From: Candidatus Eiseniibacteriota bacterium
GTDB taxonomy: Bacteria; Eisenbacteria; RBG-16-71-46
Direction of reading: 5' to 3'
Assembly: GCA_020847735.1 (NCBI GenBank)
Contig: JADLBL010000024.1
Coordinates: forward strand, 69,355-133,354
Length of the DNA: 64,000 nt
Shown: positions 19,039 to 27,320 of the stretch, in pieces
Layout: each line of letters begins with the position of its first letter
Position numbering within the stretch: the first letter of the stretch is position 1
Program-made: the position numbers and the translations under genes
The notes under the pieces: generated by a model
Told to the model about the DNA's origin: nothing
Database searches by the model: none
Seen by the model: the letters and a program-made list of their open reading frames with translations, nothing else

Positions 19039-21288
19039 ATGCTTCGCCGGTTGGACGCGCGGCCCTCCGCGCTCGCCGCGATCGCGGCGCTCGTGTGCCT
19101 GTCCCTCGTGCCCGCGCCGGGCCGCGCCGCGGGGGCGTGGACGACGTACGTGCGGCTCGCGGATTGCAGCGACATGATCGCCCTGACGGACACGGTCTGG
19201 ATCGCGTCGCACGACGCGGGACTGCTCCTTTACCTGCGCGCGAGCGGCGGCTTCGAGTCCCTCACGCGCGAGCCGGGAGGGCTGGCCAGCAACGACGTCA
19301 CGGCGCTCGAGTTCGACCGCCGCGGGCGCCTGTGGGCGGGCACGCCGGGCATGGGAGTGAGCCGGTTGTCGGAGGACGGTTCGCGCTGGGATCTCGTGAA
19401 CGCGTTCGACGGCCTGCCGTCGGATTCGGTCAACACGCTGCGAGCGCTCGGGGACTCGGTCTGGATCGGCACGCAGGGCGGGCTGGCGCTCTGGGACGGC
19501 GCACGCGTGGCCGGAGCGGTCCCGGACCTCGGCACGCCGTCGCCGTTCCGCGACAATCGCGTGCGCGGGGTCGTCGTGGTCCGCGACTCCGTGTTCGTCG
19601 GCACCGGGGACGGCGTCTACGTGTCGCTGCTCTCGTCCGGCCTCAGGAGCTGGGCGGCGCTCGACTCCGGGCTGGTGAACCGGAACGTCTTCAGCATGGC
19701 GACCGACGGCCGGGAGGTCTTCGCGCTGGCCAACAACAACCCCTACCGCTGGAACATGACCACCCGGCGCTGGAGCATCGCGGGCGGAGCGGGCGTGGTG
19801 CGCCTGCTGCGTGACGACTTCGGCCGCATCACCGCGAGCTCGGCGTCGGGATTGTGGCGCTGGTCGGGCTCGGCGTGGACGCTTCTGCCCGCCTCGCCGA
19901 CCGCGACCAGCCCTTCGCCCGGCGAGGTCGAGTTCGCGACCGATCCCGCGGGCACCACGTTCGCCATGCGCGACGGCGTCCTGCACGTCGAGGGCGCGCC
20001 CTGGAGCGACGTCGCGCTGCCGGGCCCGGTGGGCAACAACCTCCAGAACGTGGCCGTGGACGGAGCCCGGGTGTGGGTGAACACGAACGCGCAGGGCGTC
20101 GCGCGCCTCGAGAACGGGCGTTGGCGCAACTGGCCGTCCGACTGCTGCGGCGCGGCTCAGGACACCTCGTTCCTGAATCCCCAGAACGCCTTCACGCTGC
20201 TGCGCGATGCCCGGGGCAGGATGTGGTTCTCGTTCTGGGGATTCGCCATCGAGCGTTACGACGATTCGACCGGCACCCCCCATGTGATCCGGCCGATCCT
20301 GCCGTACGGCGGCGGTCCCGATTCGCTCCTCACCCACACGGCGGGATGGTCGGCGGCCTACGACGCCCTCGATCGTGTCTACATCGGCGGCGACACGTGG
20401 GATCGCGGCGGCCGGCCGCCGATCGGCATTGACGTCTTCGATCCGGGCGGCGCTCTCGTGGCGGTGTGGAAATCCACCAACTCGGGCATTCCGGACAACC
20501 AGGTTCGCGCGCTCGTCGTGGACCGCTCGCGGACCCCGAACCGCATCTGGGCCGGTTTTCCCGGCAGCGGCGTCGCGTACGCCAGCCTTCCGGACGACCC
20601 CGCGGTGGTGCCGGCGTTCACCGCCCTGCCGCGCTCCGAGACACTCGACGTGTTCGGGCTGGCGCTTTACGGCGACTCGCTGTGGGTGCTCTCGACGACC
20701 GATCTGCAGCGCTACAACTCGTCGAACTTCAACTACGTCTCGTCGCTGCAGATTCCCGGCGCGCCGGCGCCGCTCGGCGCCGTGAACCCGCTCGCCGTCT
20801 CGCCCGACGGCACGGTCTGGGTCGGTTCCGTGGACGGTGTCCGCCGGTATCGCCGCGGGGGAGGGACCGTGGATTACCGGACCGCGAACTCGCCGCTGGC
20901 GAACGACGAGGTGCGCGCGATCGCCGTGGATCCGGTCACCGGCGTCGTGTGGTTCGCGACCGCCGGCGGGCTTTCGCGGTTCGACCCGGGCTACGTGCCG
21001 CCTCCGCCGCCCTCGATCCCGGCACTGCGGCTCGTCGTCTTTCCCAATCCGGCCGAGTTCCCCGCGATCGGGCTCGACCTGAAGCTGTCGGGAAACGCGA
21101 GCGCGTACACCGGCGAGATCTACGACCTGAACGGCCGCTGCGTGCACCGCTTCAGCGCCTCCGGCAACGACCGGGTGGTCTGGGACGGCCGCGACCTCGA
21201 GGGCGCGCGCGTGCGTCCGGGCGTGTACTTCGTGCGCGCGCAGGGCGGCGGGCACGTGGCCGGCGCGCGCGTCGTCGTGCTGCGCTAG
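19039..21288 (+). CDS. Secreted beta-propeller repeat protein (two-component-regulator-propeller type) with C-terminal FlgD-Ig/T9SS-like sorting domain
   Basis: Signal peptide MLRRLDARPSALAAIAALVCLSLVPAPGRAAGAW. Repeated W/G-rich propeller blades. C-terminus VVFPNPAEF...GVYFVRAQ. Confidence 0.7.
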   Translation: MLRRLDARPSALAAIAALVCLSLVPAPGRAAGAWTTYVRLADCSDMIALTDTVWIASHDAGLLLYLRASGGFESLTREPGGLASNDVTALEFDRRGRLWAGTPGMGVSRLSEDGSRWDLVNAFDGLPSDSVNTLRALGDSVWIGTQGGLALWDGARVAGAVPDLGTPSPFRDNRVRGVVVVRDSVFVGTGDGVYVSLLSSGLRSWAALDSGLVNRNVFSMATDGREVFALANNNPYRWNMTTRRWSIAGGAGVVRLLRDDFGRITASSASGLWRWSGSAWTLLPASPTATSPSPGEVEFATDPAGTTFAMRDGVLHVEGAPWSDVALPGPVGNNLQNVAVDGARVWVNTNAQGVARLENGRWRNWPSDCCGAAQDTSFLNPQNAFTLLRDARGRMWFSFWGFAIERYDDSTGTPHVIRPILPYGGGPDSLLTHTAGWSAAYDALDRVYIGGDTWDRGGRPPIGIDVFDPGGALVAVWKSTNSGIPDNQVRALVVDRSRTPNRIWAGFPGSGVAYASLPDDPAVVPAFTALPRSETLDVFGLALYGDSLWVLSTTDLQRYNSSNFNYVSSLQIPGAPAPLGAVNPLAVSPDGTVWVGSVDGVRRYRRGGGTVDYRTANSPLANDEVRAIAVDPVTGVVWFATAGGLSRFDPGYVPPPPPSIPALRLVVFPNPAEFPAIGLDLKLSGNASAYTGEIYDLNGRCVHRFSASGNDRVVWDGRDLEGARVRPGVYFVRAQGGGHVAGARVVVLR

Positions 21289-21296
21289 GCGCCACG

Positions 21297-22319
21297 ATGG
21301 CGGCGCTCTGGCGGGACCGCGCGCCGGGGGACTGGGCGACGCTGCTGGCCGCGGATCCGTCCGCTTCGCCCGCGCACCGCCCCGAGGTCTGGGAGGCGTT
21401 CGCGGCGGCGATGCCGGGCTGCGCCGCCCGGGTCGCGATCGTCGAGCGCGAAGGCCGGACGCTGGGGGGTGCGCCCGTGATCGTGGAACGTCGCGGGGGG
21501 CTCCACTGGCTGCACGCGCTGCCGATGCTGCTCCCCGGCGCGCCGCTCGCGCTGCCCGGCGAGCACGAGCGGGTGGACCGCGAGGTCGCCGGCGCGTTCG
21601 AGGCTCTCGCGCGCGAACTGCGCGCCGTGGGCGGCGAGTGGGCGCTGTGGCGTCCCGCGGGCCCCGCGCCGGACGCGGCGGCGCTCGCACCGCTGGGCGG
21701 CGAACTGCGCCGGCTCGCCGGCTCCGTCGTCGCTCTCGCCGGCGGACTCGACGCGGCGCTCGCACGCGTGGATCGAAAGCACCGCCAGGAGATGCGTCGC
21801 GCCCGCGCCGGCGGCCTGGAGTTCGCCGAGGAGCCGGAAGCGCTCGAAGGCTGCTACGCGCTGCACGTGGCCCAGGGCAGGTCGTGGCGGGGCCACCGCG
21901 CGCTGCCGCTCGAGCTCTCGCGGCGGCTGCTCGGAGCGGGCGCGGACCGGCCGGTGGCGCGGCTCTTCACGCTGCGGCGCTCCGGCGAGCTCGTCTCGGG
22001 GGCGCTGGCGCTCGACGGCCCGCACGAGACGTTCGTGTGGTGGGGGGGGACTCATCCGACGGGGCGGCGCCTGCATGCGTTCCCGCTGCTTCTCTGGCAC
22101 ATCGTCGAGTGGGCGGCCGCCGCGGGCCGCGTGCGAGTGAACCTCGGGGCGAGCACGGGTCTCGGCGGGGTCGCCGCCTTCAAGCACTCGCTGGGCGCGG
22201 AGGAGATTCGCTACCCGGTGTTGTGGCTGGATGCGCGACGGGCTGGCGCGCTGGCGCGCACGGTGGCGTGGGCGCAGGCGCGCTGGCGCCGCGGCCGTGC
22301 GCGCGGGGAATCCGCGTGA
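21297..22319 (+). CDS. FemAB/BioF2-like GNAT-fold acyl/aminoacyl transferase
   Basis: The C-terminal half (RLFTLRRSGELVSGALAL...AAFKHSLGAEE) matches the FemAB-like acetyltransferase pattern. The ATG lies 8 nt after the upstream stop. Confidence 0.6.
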   Translation: MAALWRDRAPGDWATLLAADPSASPAHRPEVWEAFAAAMPGCAARVAIVEREGRTLGGAPVIVERRGGLHWLHALPMLLPGAPLALPGEHERVDREVAGAFEALARELRAVGGEWALWRPAGPAPDAAALAPLGGELRRLAGSVVALAGGLDAALARVDRKHRQEMRRARAGGLEFAEEPEALEGCYALHVAQGRSWRGHRALPLELSRRLLGAGADRPVARLFTLRRSGELVSGALALDGPHETFVWWGGTHPTGRRLHAFPLLLWHIVEWAAAAGRVRVNLGASTGLGGVAAFKHSLGAEEIRYPVLWLDARRAGALARTVAWAQARWRRGRARGESA

Positions 22320-23398
22320 AGATCGCGACGCTCTCGAACGCCTCCGTCGTGCACACGCGCCGCTGGGTCGAGCACCTGCGCGCGCGCGGACACGACGTGC
22401 GGCTGTTCTCGCTCGAACGCGGACCCGAGGCGCTGGCGGCGCGGCATCTGCCGAACCCGCCGCTGCCGGGATTCGTCCGCTATCCGCTCGCGGTGCCGGC
22501 ACTGGTCCGGGCGTTGCGGGAGTTCGCGCCCGGGATCGTGGACGCCCATTTCGTTCCCAACTACGGCCTGATGGGGGCGCTCGCGGGACTGCGGCCGCTG
22601 TCGGTGGCCGCGTGGGGCAGCGACCTGCTGGTGGCGGGCCGGCGCGATCCGCTGCAGCGCGCGCGCGCGCGCTTCGTGCTGCGGCGCGCGTCGCTCGTGA
22701 TCGCCGACGCCGACAACCTGGCGCGGGCGGCGCTCGCGCTCGGCGCCCGTCCGGCGACGGTGCGCGCCATCCCGTGGGGAGTGGACCGGGAGCGGTTCGC
22801 GCCGGCGCCCTCGCGCGAGCCGGGACTGCTGCTGAGCACGCGCATGCACGAGCCGGTCTACGACATCCCGGTGATCCTGCGGGCGGCGGCCGGCGTGTTG
22901 TCGCGGCATCCGCACGCGTCCCTCGCCGTCGCCGGCGACGGTTCGAGGCTCGCGGATCACGAACGACTCGCGTCGGCGCTTCTCCCGGCGGGGCGATTCC
23001 GCTTCCTGGGGCGCCTCGCGCCCGACGAGCTGGCGCGGTGGCTCGGGCGCGCCGAACTGTACCTTTCGGCCTCGCACTCCGACTCGACGTCGCTGTCGCT
23101 GCTCGAGGCCATGTCGGCGGGCGCGGTGCCGGTGGTGAGCGACATCGAGGGCAATCGCGAATGGGTGGCGGACGGAGAGGGCGCGCGACTGTTCGCCCGC
23201 GGCGACGCGGGCGCGCTGGAGCGGGCGCTCGACGCGGCGCTCGCCGATTCCGGCTGGCGCGATCGGGCGCGGGCGCGGAACGCGGCGGTCATCGCCGAGC
23301 GCGGCGACTGGCACCGCAACTTCGCCCGCATCGAAGGGGCGTTCGCGGCGCTCGCGGCCGGGCGGCCGCTGCCCGACGACCCGGGTTCCCCACGATGA
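22316..23398 (+). CDS. GT4-family glycosyltransferase
   Basis: VKIATLSNASVVHTRRW N-terminus and SLLEAMSAGAVPVVSDIEGNREWV (EX7E region). GTGA overlap with the upstream gene. Confidence 0.85.
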   Translation: MKIATLSNASVVHTRRWVEHLRARGHDVRLFSLERGPEALAARHLPNPPLPGFVRYPLAVPALVRALREFAPGIVDAHFVPNYGLMGALAGLRPLSVAAWGSDLLVAGRRDPLQRARARFVLRRASLVIADADNLARAALALGARPATVRAIPWGVDRERFAPAPSREPGLLLSTRMHEPVYDIPVILRAAAGVLSRHPHASLAVAGDGSRLADHERLASALLPAGRFRFLGRLAPDELARWLGRAELYLSASHSDSTSLSLLEAMSAGAVPVVSDIEGNREWVADGEGARLFARGDAGALERALDAALADSGWRDRARARNAAVIAERGDWHRNFARIEGAFAALAAGRPLPDDPGSPR

Positions 23399-24663
23399 GC
23401 CGCCGTCTGCTCGTGCTCGCCTATTTCTTTCCGCCGCTCGCGGGCGGAGGAGTGCATCGCGTGCTGTCGTTCGCACGCCACCTGCCGGAGCAGGGCTGGG
23501 ACGTCACCGTCGTGTGCGCCGGCGAGGACGACTACTGGGTGCGCGACGAGTCGCTGCTCGCGAGCGTCCCGGCCGCGACGGAGGTGATCCGGGTCGCCGC
23601 CGGCGGCGGGCTCGCCTCGTGCTTCGGATTGCGCGGCGGCCGCGGCACCCGCCGCGGCGGAACCTTCGCCGGCCTGCGGAAGCTGTCGGACTGGTGGCTG
23701 CTGCCCGACGCGTACGCGGGCTGGGCCCGCCGCGCGCAGGCCGCGGCCGCGACGCGGCTCGCCGCGGGCGGCGTGGACGCCCTGCTCACGACGTCGCCGC
23801 CCGACAGCGTGCACCTGGCCGGCGCCGCGCTCGCGCGGCGATTCGGAGTCGCGTGGGTCGCCGACTTCCGCGACCCGTGGGTGGGACTGCGGTTCCGCGA
23901 GCCGCCGACCGCCTGGCACCGGGCGCGCCACGAAGCGATGGAACGCCGAGTGCTCTCGCAGGCCGACCTGGTGCTCGCCGCCTCGCGCACGCACCTGGAG
24001 CAGGTCGCGACGCTCGCGCGTCGCGCCGAGCACCTTCCGAACGGTTTCGAGCCCGAAGCCGGGGGCCCGCCGGAGGCGGCGGACGCGGACCGCTTCCGCC
24101 TCGCGTTCACCGGCACGCTCTCGCTCATGGAGGACGCGGGCACGCTGCTCGAGGCCGTGCACGACGTGCTCGCCGGCGACACCGGCATGCGCCGCCGGCT
24201 GCGCGTGGACCTGGCGGGCCCCTACGACCTCGACTACGAGGACCGCTCGCTGGCCCTCGGGCTCAAGGGCATCGTCCGCTTTCCGGGTGCGCTTCCGCAC
24301 GCCGGGTCCCGCCGGCTGCAGCGCGCGGCCGACGTGCTGCTGCTGTGGAAGCCCCGCGGCGGGGGCTACCGCACGATGGTTCCGGGCAAGCTCTACGAAT
24401 ACCTCGACTCGGGGCGCCCGATCGTCGCGCTGCTGCCGGAGCGCGACGAGGCCGCCGAGCTCGTGCGGCGCGCGGGAGGGACGGTGCTTCCGCCCGGCGA
24501 CCGCGCGGCGCTGGCGCGCGAGCTCGAAACGAGGTACACGCACTGGATGCACGACGGACGCGCACCCGACGATCGGCCCGGCTGGCTGGACGAGCACGCC
24601 CGGCCACGCCTGGCGGCCCGCCTCGCCGGCCTGCTCGGCGGCCTCGGCGGAGGACGGACGTGA
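23395..24663 (+). CDS. GT4-like glycosyltransferase
   Basis: LLVLAYFFPPLAGGGVHRVLSFARHL N-terminal GT4 domain. ATGA overlap with the upstream gene. Confidence 0.75.
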   Translation: MSRRLLVLAYFFPPLAGGGVHRVLSFARHLPEQGWDVTVVCAGEDDYWVRDESLLASVPAATEVIRVAAGGGLASCFGLRGGRGTRRGGTFAGLRKLSDWWLLPDAYAGWARRAQAAAATRLAAGGVDALLTTSPPDSVHLAGAALARRFGVAWVADFRDPWVGLRFREPPTAWHRARHEAMERRVLSQADLVLAASRTHLEQVATLARRAEHLPNGFEPEAGGPPEAADADRFRLAFTGTLSLMEDAGTLLEAVHDVLAGDTGMRRRLRVDLAGPYDLDYEDRSLALGLKGIVRFPGALPHAGSRRLQRAADVLLLWKPRGGGYRTMVPGKLYEYLDSGRPIVALLPERDEAAELVRRAGGTVLPPGDRAALARELETRYTHWMHDGRAPDDRPGWLDEHARPRLAARLAGLLGGLGGGRT

Positions 24664-26210
24664 CCGCGAACCCCGACGGGCGGCTCACGCGGCTCGAGAT
24701 CGTCTGCCTGGTGCTGGCGCTGGCCCTGGCCGCGGCGCTGATGTGGCCGGTGCGCGGCTATCTGACGGACGACACCTTCATCCACCTGCAGTACGCGCGT
24801 CATCTCGCCGAAGGCAAGGGGTTCGTCTTCAACCCGGGAGAGCGCGTCTACGGGAGCACGAGTCCGTTGTGGGTCGCGCTCATCGCGGACGGCATCGCGC
24901 TCGGCTTCGGCGGCCTCGCGACGGCGCGCGTGCTGGGCGCGGTCGCGACCCTGGCCTCGGTGGTGCTTTTCCTTCAGCTCATGCGGCGCAACTTGCGCCT
25001 GCCGGTGTTGCGCGGCCTCGCGACCATCGTCTGGGCGGCGCACCCGTGGATGATCCGCTGGTCGGTCTCGGGCATGGAGACGCCGCTCGCGGTCGCGCTC
25101 GTGCTCGCGGGCTTCGTGGCCTTCACCGAGGGCCGGCAGTGGGGCGCGCGCCCGGTGCGCACGGGGGCGCTGTGGGCGCTCGCGGCTCTCACGCGTCCGG
25201 AGGCCGTCTTCTTGCTGCTGCTCTGGCTGGTGTTCCTGGTCATCGACACCGACTCGCGCGAGGGCGTGCGGCGGCTGATCGCCGGTCTGCTGCCGCCGGC
25301 GTTCATCTACGGCGGCTGGCTGCTGTTCGCGCGGCTGTATTTCGGCACCTTCTGGCCGAACACGCTGTCGGCGAAGGTCGCCGGCGGCGTCGGCTGGGCC
25401 TACGTGCTCGACACGCTCAAGCGGCAGGTCGGCATCGTCGGCTTCTCGGATGCCGTGCTCGCGGGCGCGCTGGTCGCCGCCGTCGGTTTCGGGGGTGCCC
25501 GCCTGTGGCCGAGCCGGTTCCAGGCGCAGCGGCTGCTGCCCTGGGTGTGGCTGTTCGCGCTGCCGGTGCTGTACGTGATGCGCGGGGTGCCGGTGCTGTC
25601 CCGCTACCTGCTGCCGCTGATGCCCGTGCTCGCCTGGCTCGCCTGGCGGGCGGTGGAGCGCTGGTGGGCGGGGGCGGAACCGGCGCCGGAACTGCGCAAG
25701 GGCGCCGCGGTGCTCGGCACGGCGCTCGCGGCGCTGGCGCTCATCCAGTGCCTCTTCACCTACACGAACCTGGTGCTGCCGCAGGTGCGGTCGTTCAGCG
25801 CCGGCCTGCGGCAGAGCCTCGTGCCGTGGGGACGCTGGTTCGGCGAGCACACGCGCCCGGGCGACACGATCGCGTCTCCCGACATCGGCGCGATCGGCTA
25901 CTTCAGTCAGCGCCCGGTGCTGGACCTGGCCGGGCTCGTCTCGCCGAGGATCGTTCCGCTGCTCGAGCACGAGTCGCCGGAGGACATGGTCGCGAACTTC
26001 TCGTTCGCCCGTGTCGAGCGGCCGCAGTACCTCGTGGATCGCGCAGCGCGCGCCGACGAGCTGATGACGCGCAGCCGCTTCGGCGACGCGCTGGTTCCGC
26101 TCGGCAGCGCCGCGGTGCCGAACCTGGGCATCGCCCGGCCCGACGCGGTGGTCTACTCGTTCTACCGGATCGAGTGGGCCGTGTACGACTCGATCGCCGC
26201 CCGCCACTGA
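24660..26210 (+). CDS. Polytopic GT-C-type membrane glycosyltransferase-like protein
   Basis: First loop GYLTDDTFIHLQYARHLAEGKGFVFNPGERVYGSTSPLW carries a DD motif and is followed by at least 10 TM segments. GTGA overlap with the upstream gene. Confidence 0.65.
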   Translation: MTANPDGRLTRLEIVCLVLALALAAALMWPVRGYLTDDTFIHLQYARHLAEGKGFVFNPGERVYGSTSPLWVALIADGIALGFGGLATARVLGAVATLASVVLFLQLMRRNLRLPVLRGLATIVWAAHPWMIRWSVSGMETPLAVALVLAGFVAFTEGRQWGARPVRTGALWALAALTRPEAVFLLLLWLVFLVIDTDSREGVRRLIAGLLPPAFIYGGWLLFARLYFGTFWPNTLSAKVAGGVGWAYVLDTLKRQVGIVGFSDAVLAGALVAAVGFGGARLWPSRFQAQRLLPWVWLFALPVLYVMRGVPVLSRYLLPLMPVLAWLAWRAVERWWAGAEPAPELRKGAAVLGTALAALALIQCLFTYTNLVLPQVRSFSAGLRQSLVPWGRWFGEHTRPGDTIASPDIGAIGYFSQRPVLDLAGLVSPRIVPLLEHESPEDMVANFSFARVERPQYLVDRAARADELMTRSRFGDALVPLGSAAVPNLGIARPDAVVYSFYRIEWAVYDSIAARH

Positions 26211-26249
26211 GGCGCCGGAGCCGCGCGGAACGCCGCGAGCGCGAGCGTC

Positions 26250-26280
26250 GTGCTGCACGTTCGTGCAGCGCCGCATTTTT
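26250..26280 (+). terminator. Intrinsic terminator after the glycan supra-operon
   Basis: 9-bp stem 26250-26258 / 26263-26271 (one G-U pair), loop GTTC, then TTTTT at 26276-26280. Confidence 0.5.
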
Positions 26281-26304
26281 CGCGGGTCGGACGCACGTTT
26301 TTCT

Positions 26305-26333
26305 TTGACGCCCGTCGAACACGCGACTATTGT
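26305..26333 (+). promoter_or_regulatory. Sigma70-type promoter of the dcw cluster
   Basis: TTGACG (26305-26310), 17-nt spacer, TATTGT (26328-26333). A T-rich tract at 26298-26306 precedes it. This is the only sizeable AT-rich gap between two long operons. Confidence 0.55.
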
Positions 26334-26344
26334 GCCGCCTCGTT

Positions 26345-26401
26345 GGTGGTAGTTTTTGGGGAAACGGGGGGAAATCGGGGAGGCGGTGGAACCCGGTGGC
26401 G
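26345..26401 (+). promoter_or_regulatory. Helically phased G-rich direct repeats (candidate MraZ operator)
   Basis: GGTGGT at 26345, GGGGAAA at 26358, GGGGAAA at 26368, GGGGAGG at 26377, GGTGGAA at 26385 and GGTGGCG at 26395. Spacing is 9-10 bp, between the -10 box and the mraZ start. Confidence 0.4.
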
Positions 26402-26412
26402 CGAGCGGACGG

Positions 26413-26862
26413 ATGACGACCTTCTACGTAACCGAGAACTACTCGATTGACGACAAGGGTCGGCTGGTCATTCCGGCGTCGCTGCGCAAGGTCACCGGTC
26501 GCAAGCAACCGCTGAAGAACTTCGTTCTCGTGTTCGGTCTCGGCGGCTGCCTGTGGCTCTTCAGCGAAGACGGTTGGACGAAGTTCGAGGAACGGCTCTA
26601 CCAGCTCTCGGTCGGCACGCGGAAGCAGCGGGACTTCGCGAGGGCGTTCCTCCTCGGTGCGAGCAAGGTGACGGTGGACAAGCAGGGACGCATCTCGATT
26701 CCATCGTCGCTGTTGAACCGTGCAGGCCTCGGCAGGGAAGCCGTCCTGCACGGACAAGTGGGCAGGCTCGAGATCTGGTCGCCGGAGAGGTTCAAGCAGA
26801 ACACCGAGCCGACCGTCTCGAACCTCGACGAGCTGTACGAAGAGTCGCTGGGGAATCCGTGA
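26413..26862 (+). CDS. mraZ: Division/cell-wall cluster transcriptional regulator MraZ
   Basis: Two SpoVT/AbrB-like halves with DxxGR motifs (SIDDKGRLVIPASLR and VDKQGRISIPSSLL). ATG 26413 gives the family-typical N-terminus. The listed TTG 26356 start is rejected. Confidence 0.9.
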   Translation: MTTFYVTENYSIDDKGRLVIPASLRKVTGRKQPLKNFVLVFGLGGCLWLFSEDGWTKFEERLYQLSVGTRKQRDFARAFLLGASKVTVDKQGRISIPSSLLNRAGLGREAVLHGQVGRLEIWSPERFKQNTEPTVSNLDELYEESLGNP

Positions 26863-27320
26863 TGGTCGCTCCACTCCAGACGCCCGAGCCGCGAGGCGCG
26901 CTCACCGTGCACCTGCAGTTCACGCGCGGTCGCCACGGCGCGGGCGCGCGCATCGAGTTGCACGAGCGCCCGGCGGGGCGGCTCGCGGTGCTCGAACTGC
27001 GCGGCTGGATCGACCTGTCGGCCCAGCGCCGGTTCGAACAGACGCTGGACGACCTGGCGGCGCGCGGGGTCGAGCGGCTGCTCGTGGACTGTTCGGCGGT
27101 GCGCCACATCGACTACCGCCTGGTGCCGCGGCTGGTCGCCGCGCTCACGCGTTTCGAAGCGCGCTCCGGCGGCGTGGCGCTCGGCGGCCTGAGCCGCTAC
27201 CTGCGTGATCTCTTCCGCCTCGCGGGCTGCGATCCCCTCGTCGGCGCCTTCGGTCCGGCGGACGAGGCGTTCCTGCCGTCGAGTCGCCAGGACGGGTCGT
27301 TCGGTGAGCGTGCGTCATGA
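26862..27320 (+). CDS. STAS-domain protein (anti-sigma-factor-antagonist fold, non-canonical)
   Basis: The pattern LAVLELRGWIDLSAQRRFEQTLDDLAARGVERLLVDCSAVRHIDYRLVPRLVAAL...GGVALGGLSRYLRDLFRLAG follows the SpoIIAA/RsbV layout. GTG 26859 / ATG 26862 overlap the mraZ stop. The 3-prime end overlaps the rsmH start. Confidence 0.65.
   Translation: MVAPLQTPEPRGALTVHLQFTRGRHGAGARIELHERPAGRLAVLELRGWIDLSAQRRFEQTLDDLAARGVERLLVDCSAVRHIDYRLVPRLVAALTRFEARSGGVALGGLSRYLRDLFRLAGCDPLVGAFGPADEAFLPSSRQDGSFGERAS

Noticed and set aside
18157-21765. Very long antisense or alternative-frame ORFs in the supplied track. Examples are 18157-21765 (-, 1202 aa), 27145-30885 (-, 1246 aa), 44540-47191 (-, 883 aa), 12559-14682 (-), 15641-17785 (-), 55095-57680 (+) and 6607-8430 (-).
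   Set aside because: The proteins are dominated by Arg/Ala/Gly/Pro with no recognisable motifs. Each lies opposite to, or out of frame with, a gene that has clear family signatures. Long open frames are expected in stop-codon-poor DNA of about 70 percent GC.
26356-26412. The TTG start at 26356 listed for mraZ.
   Set aside because: It would add 19 Gly/Glu-rich residues encoded by the G-rich repeat region. MraZ proteins start a few residues before the first DxxGR motif, which favours ATG 26413.
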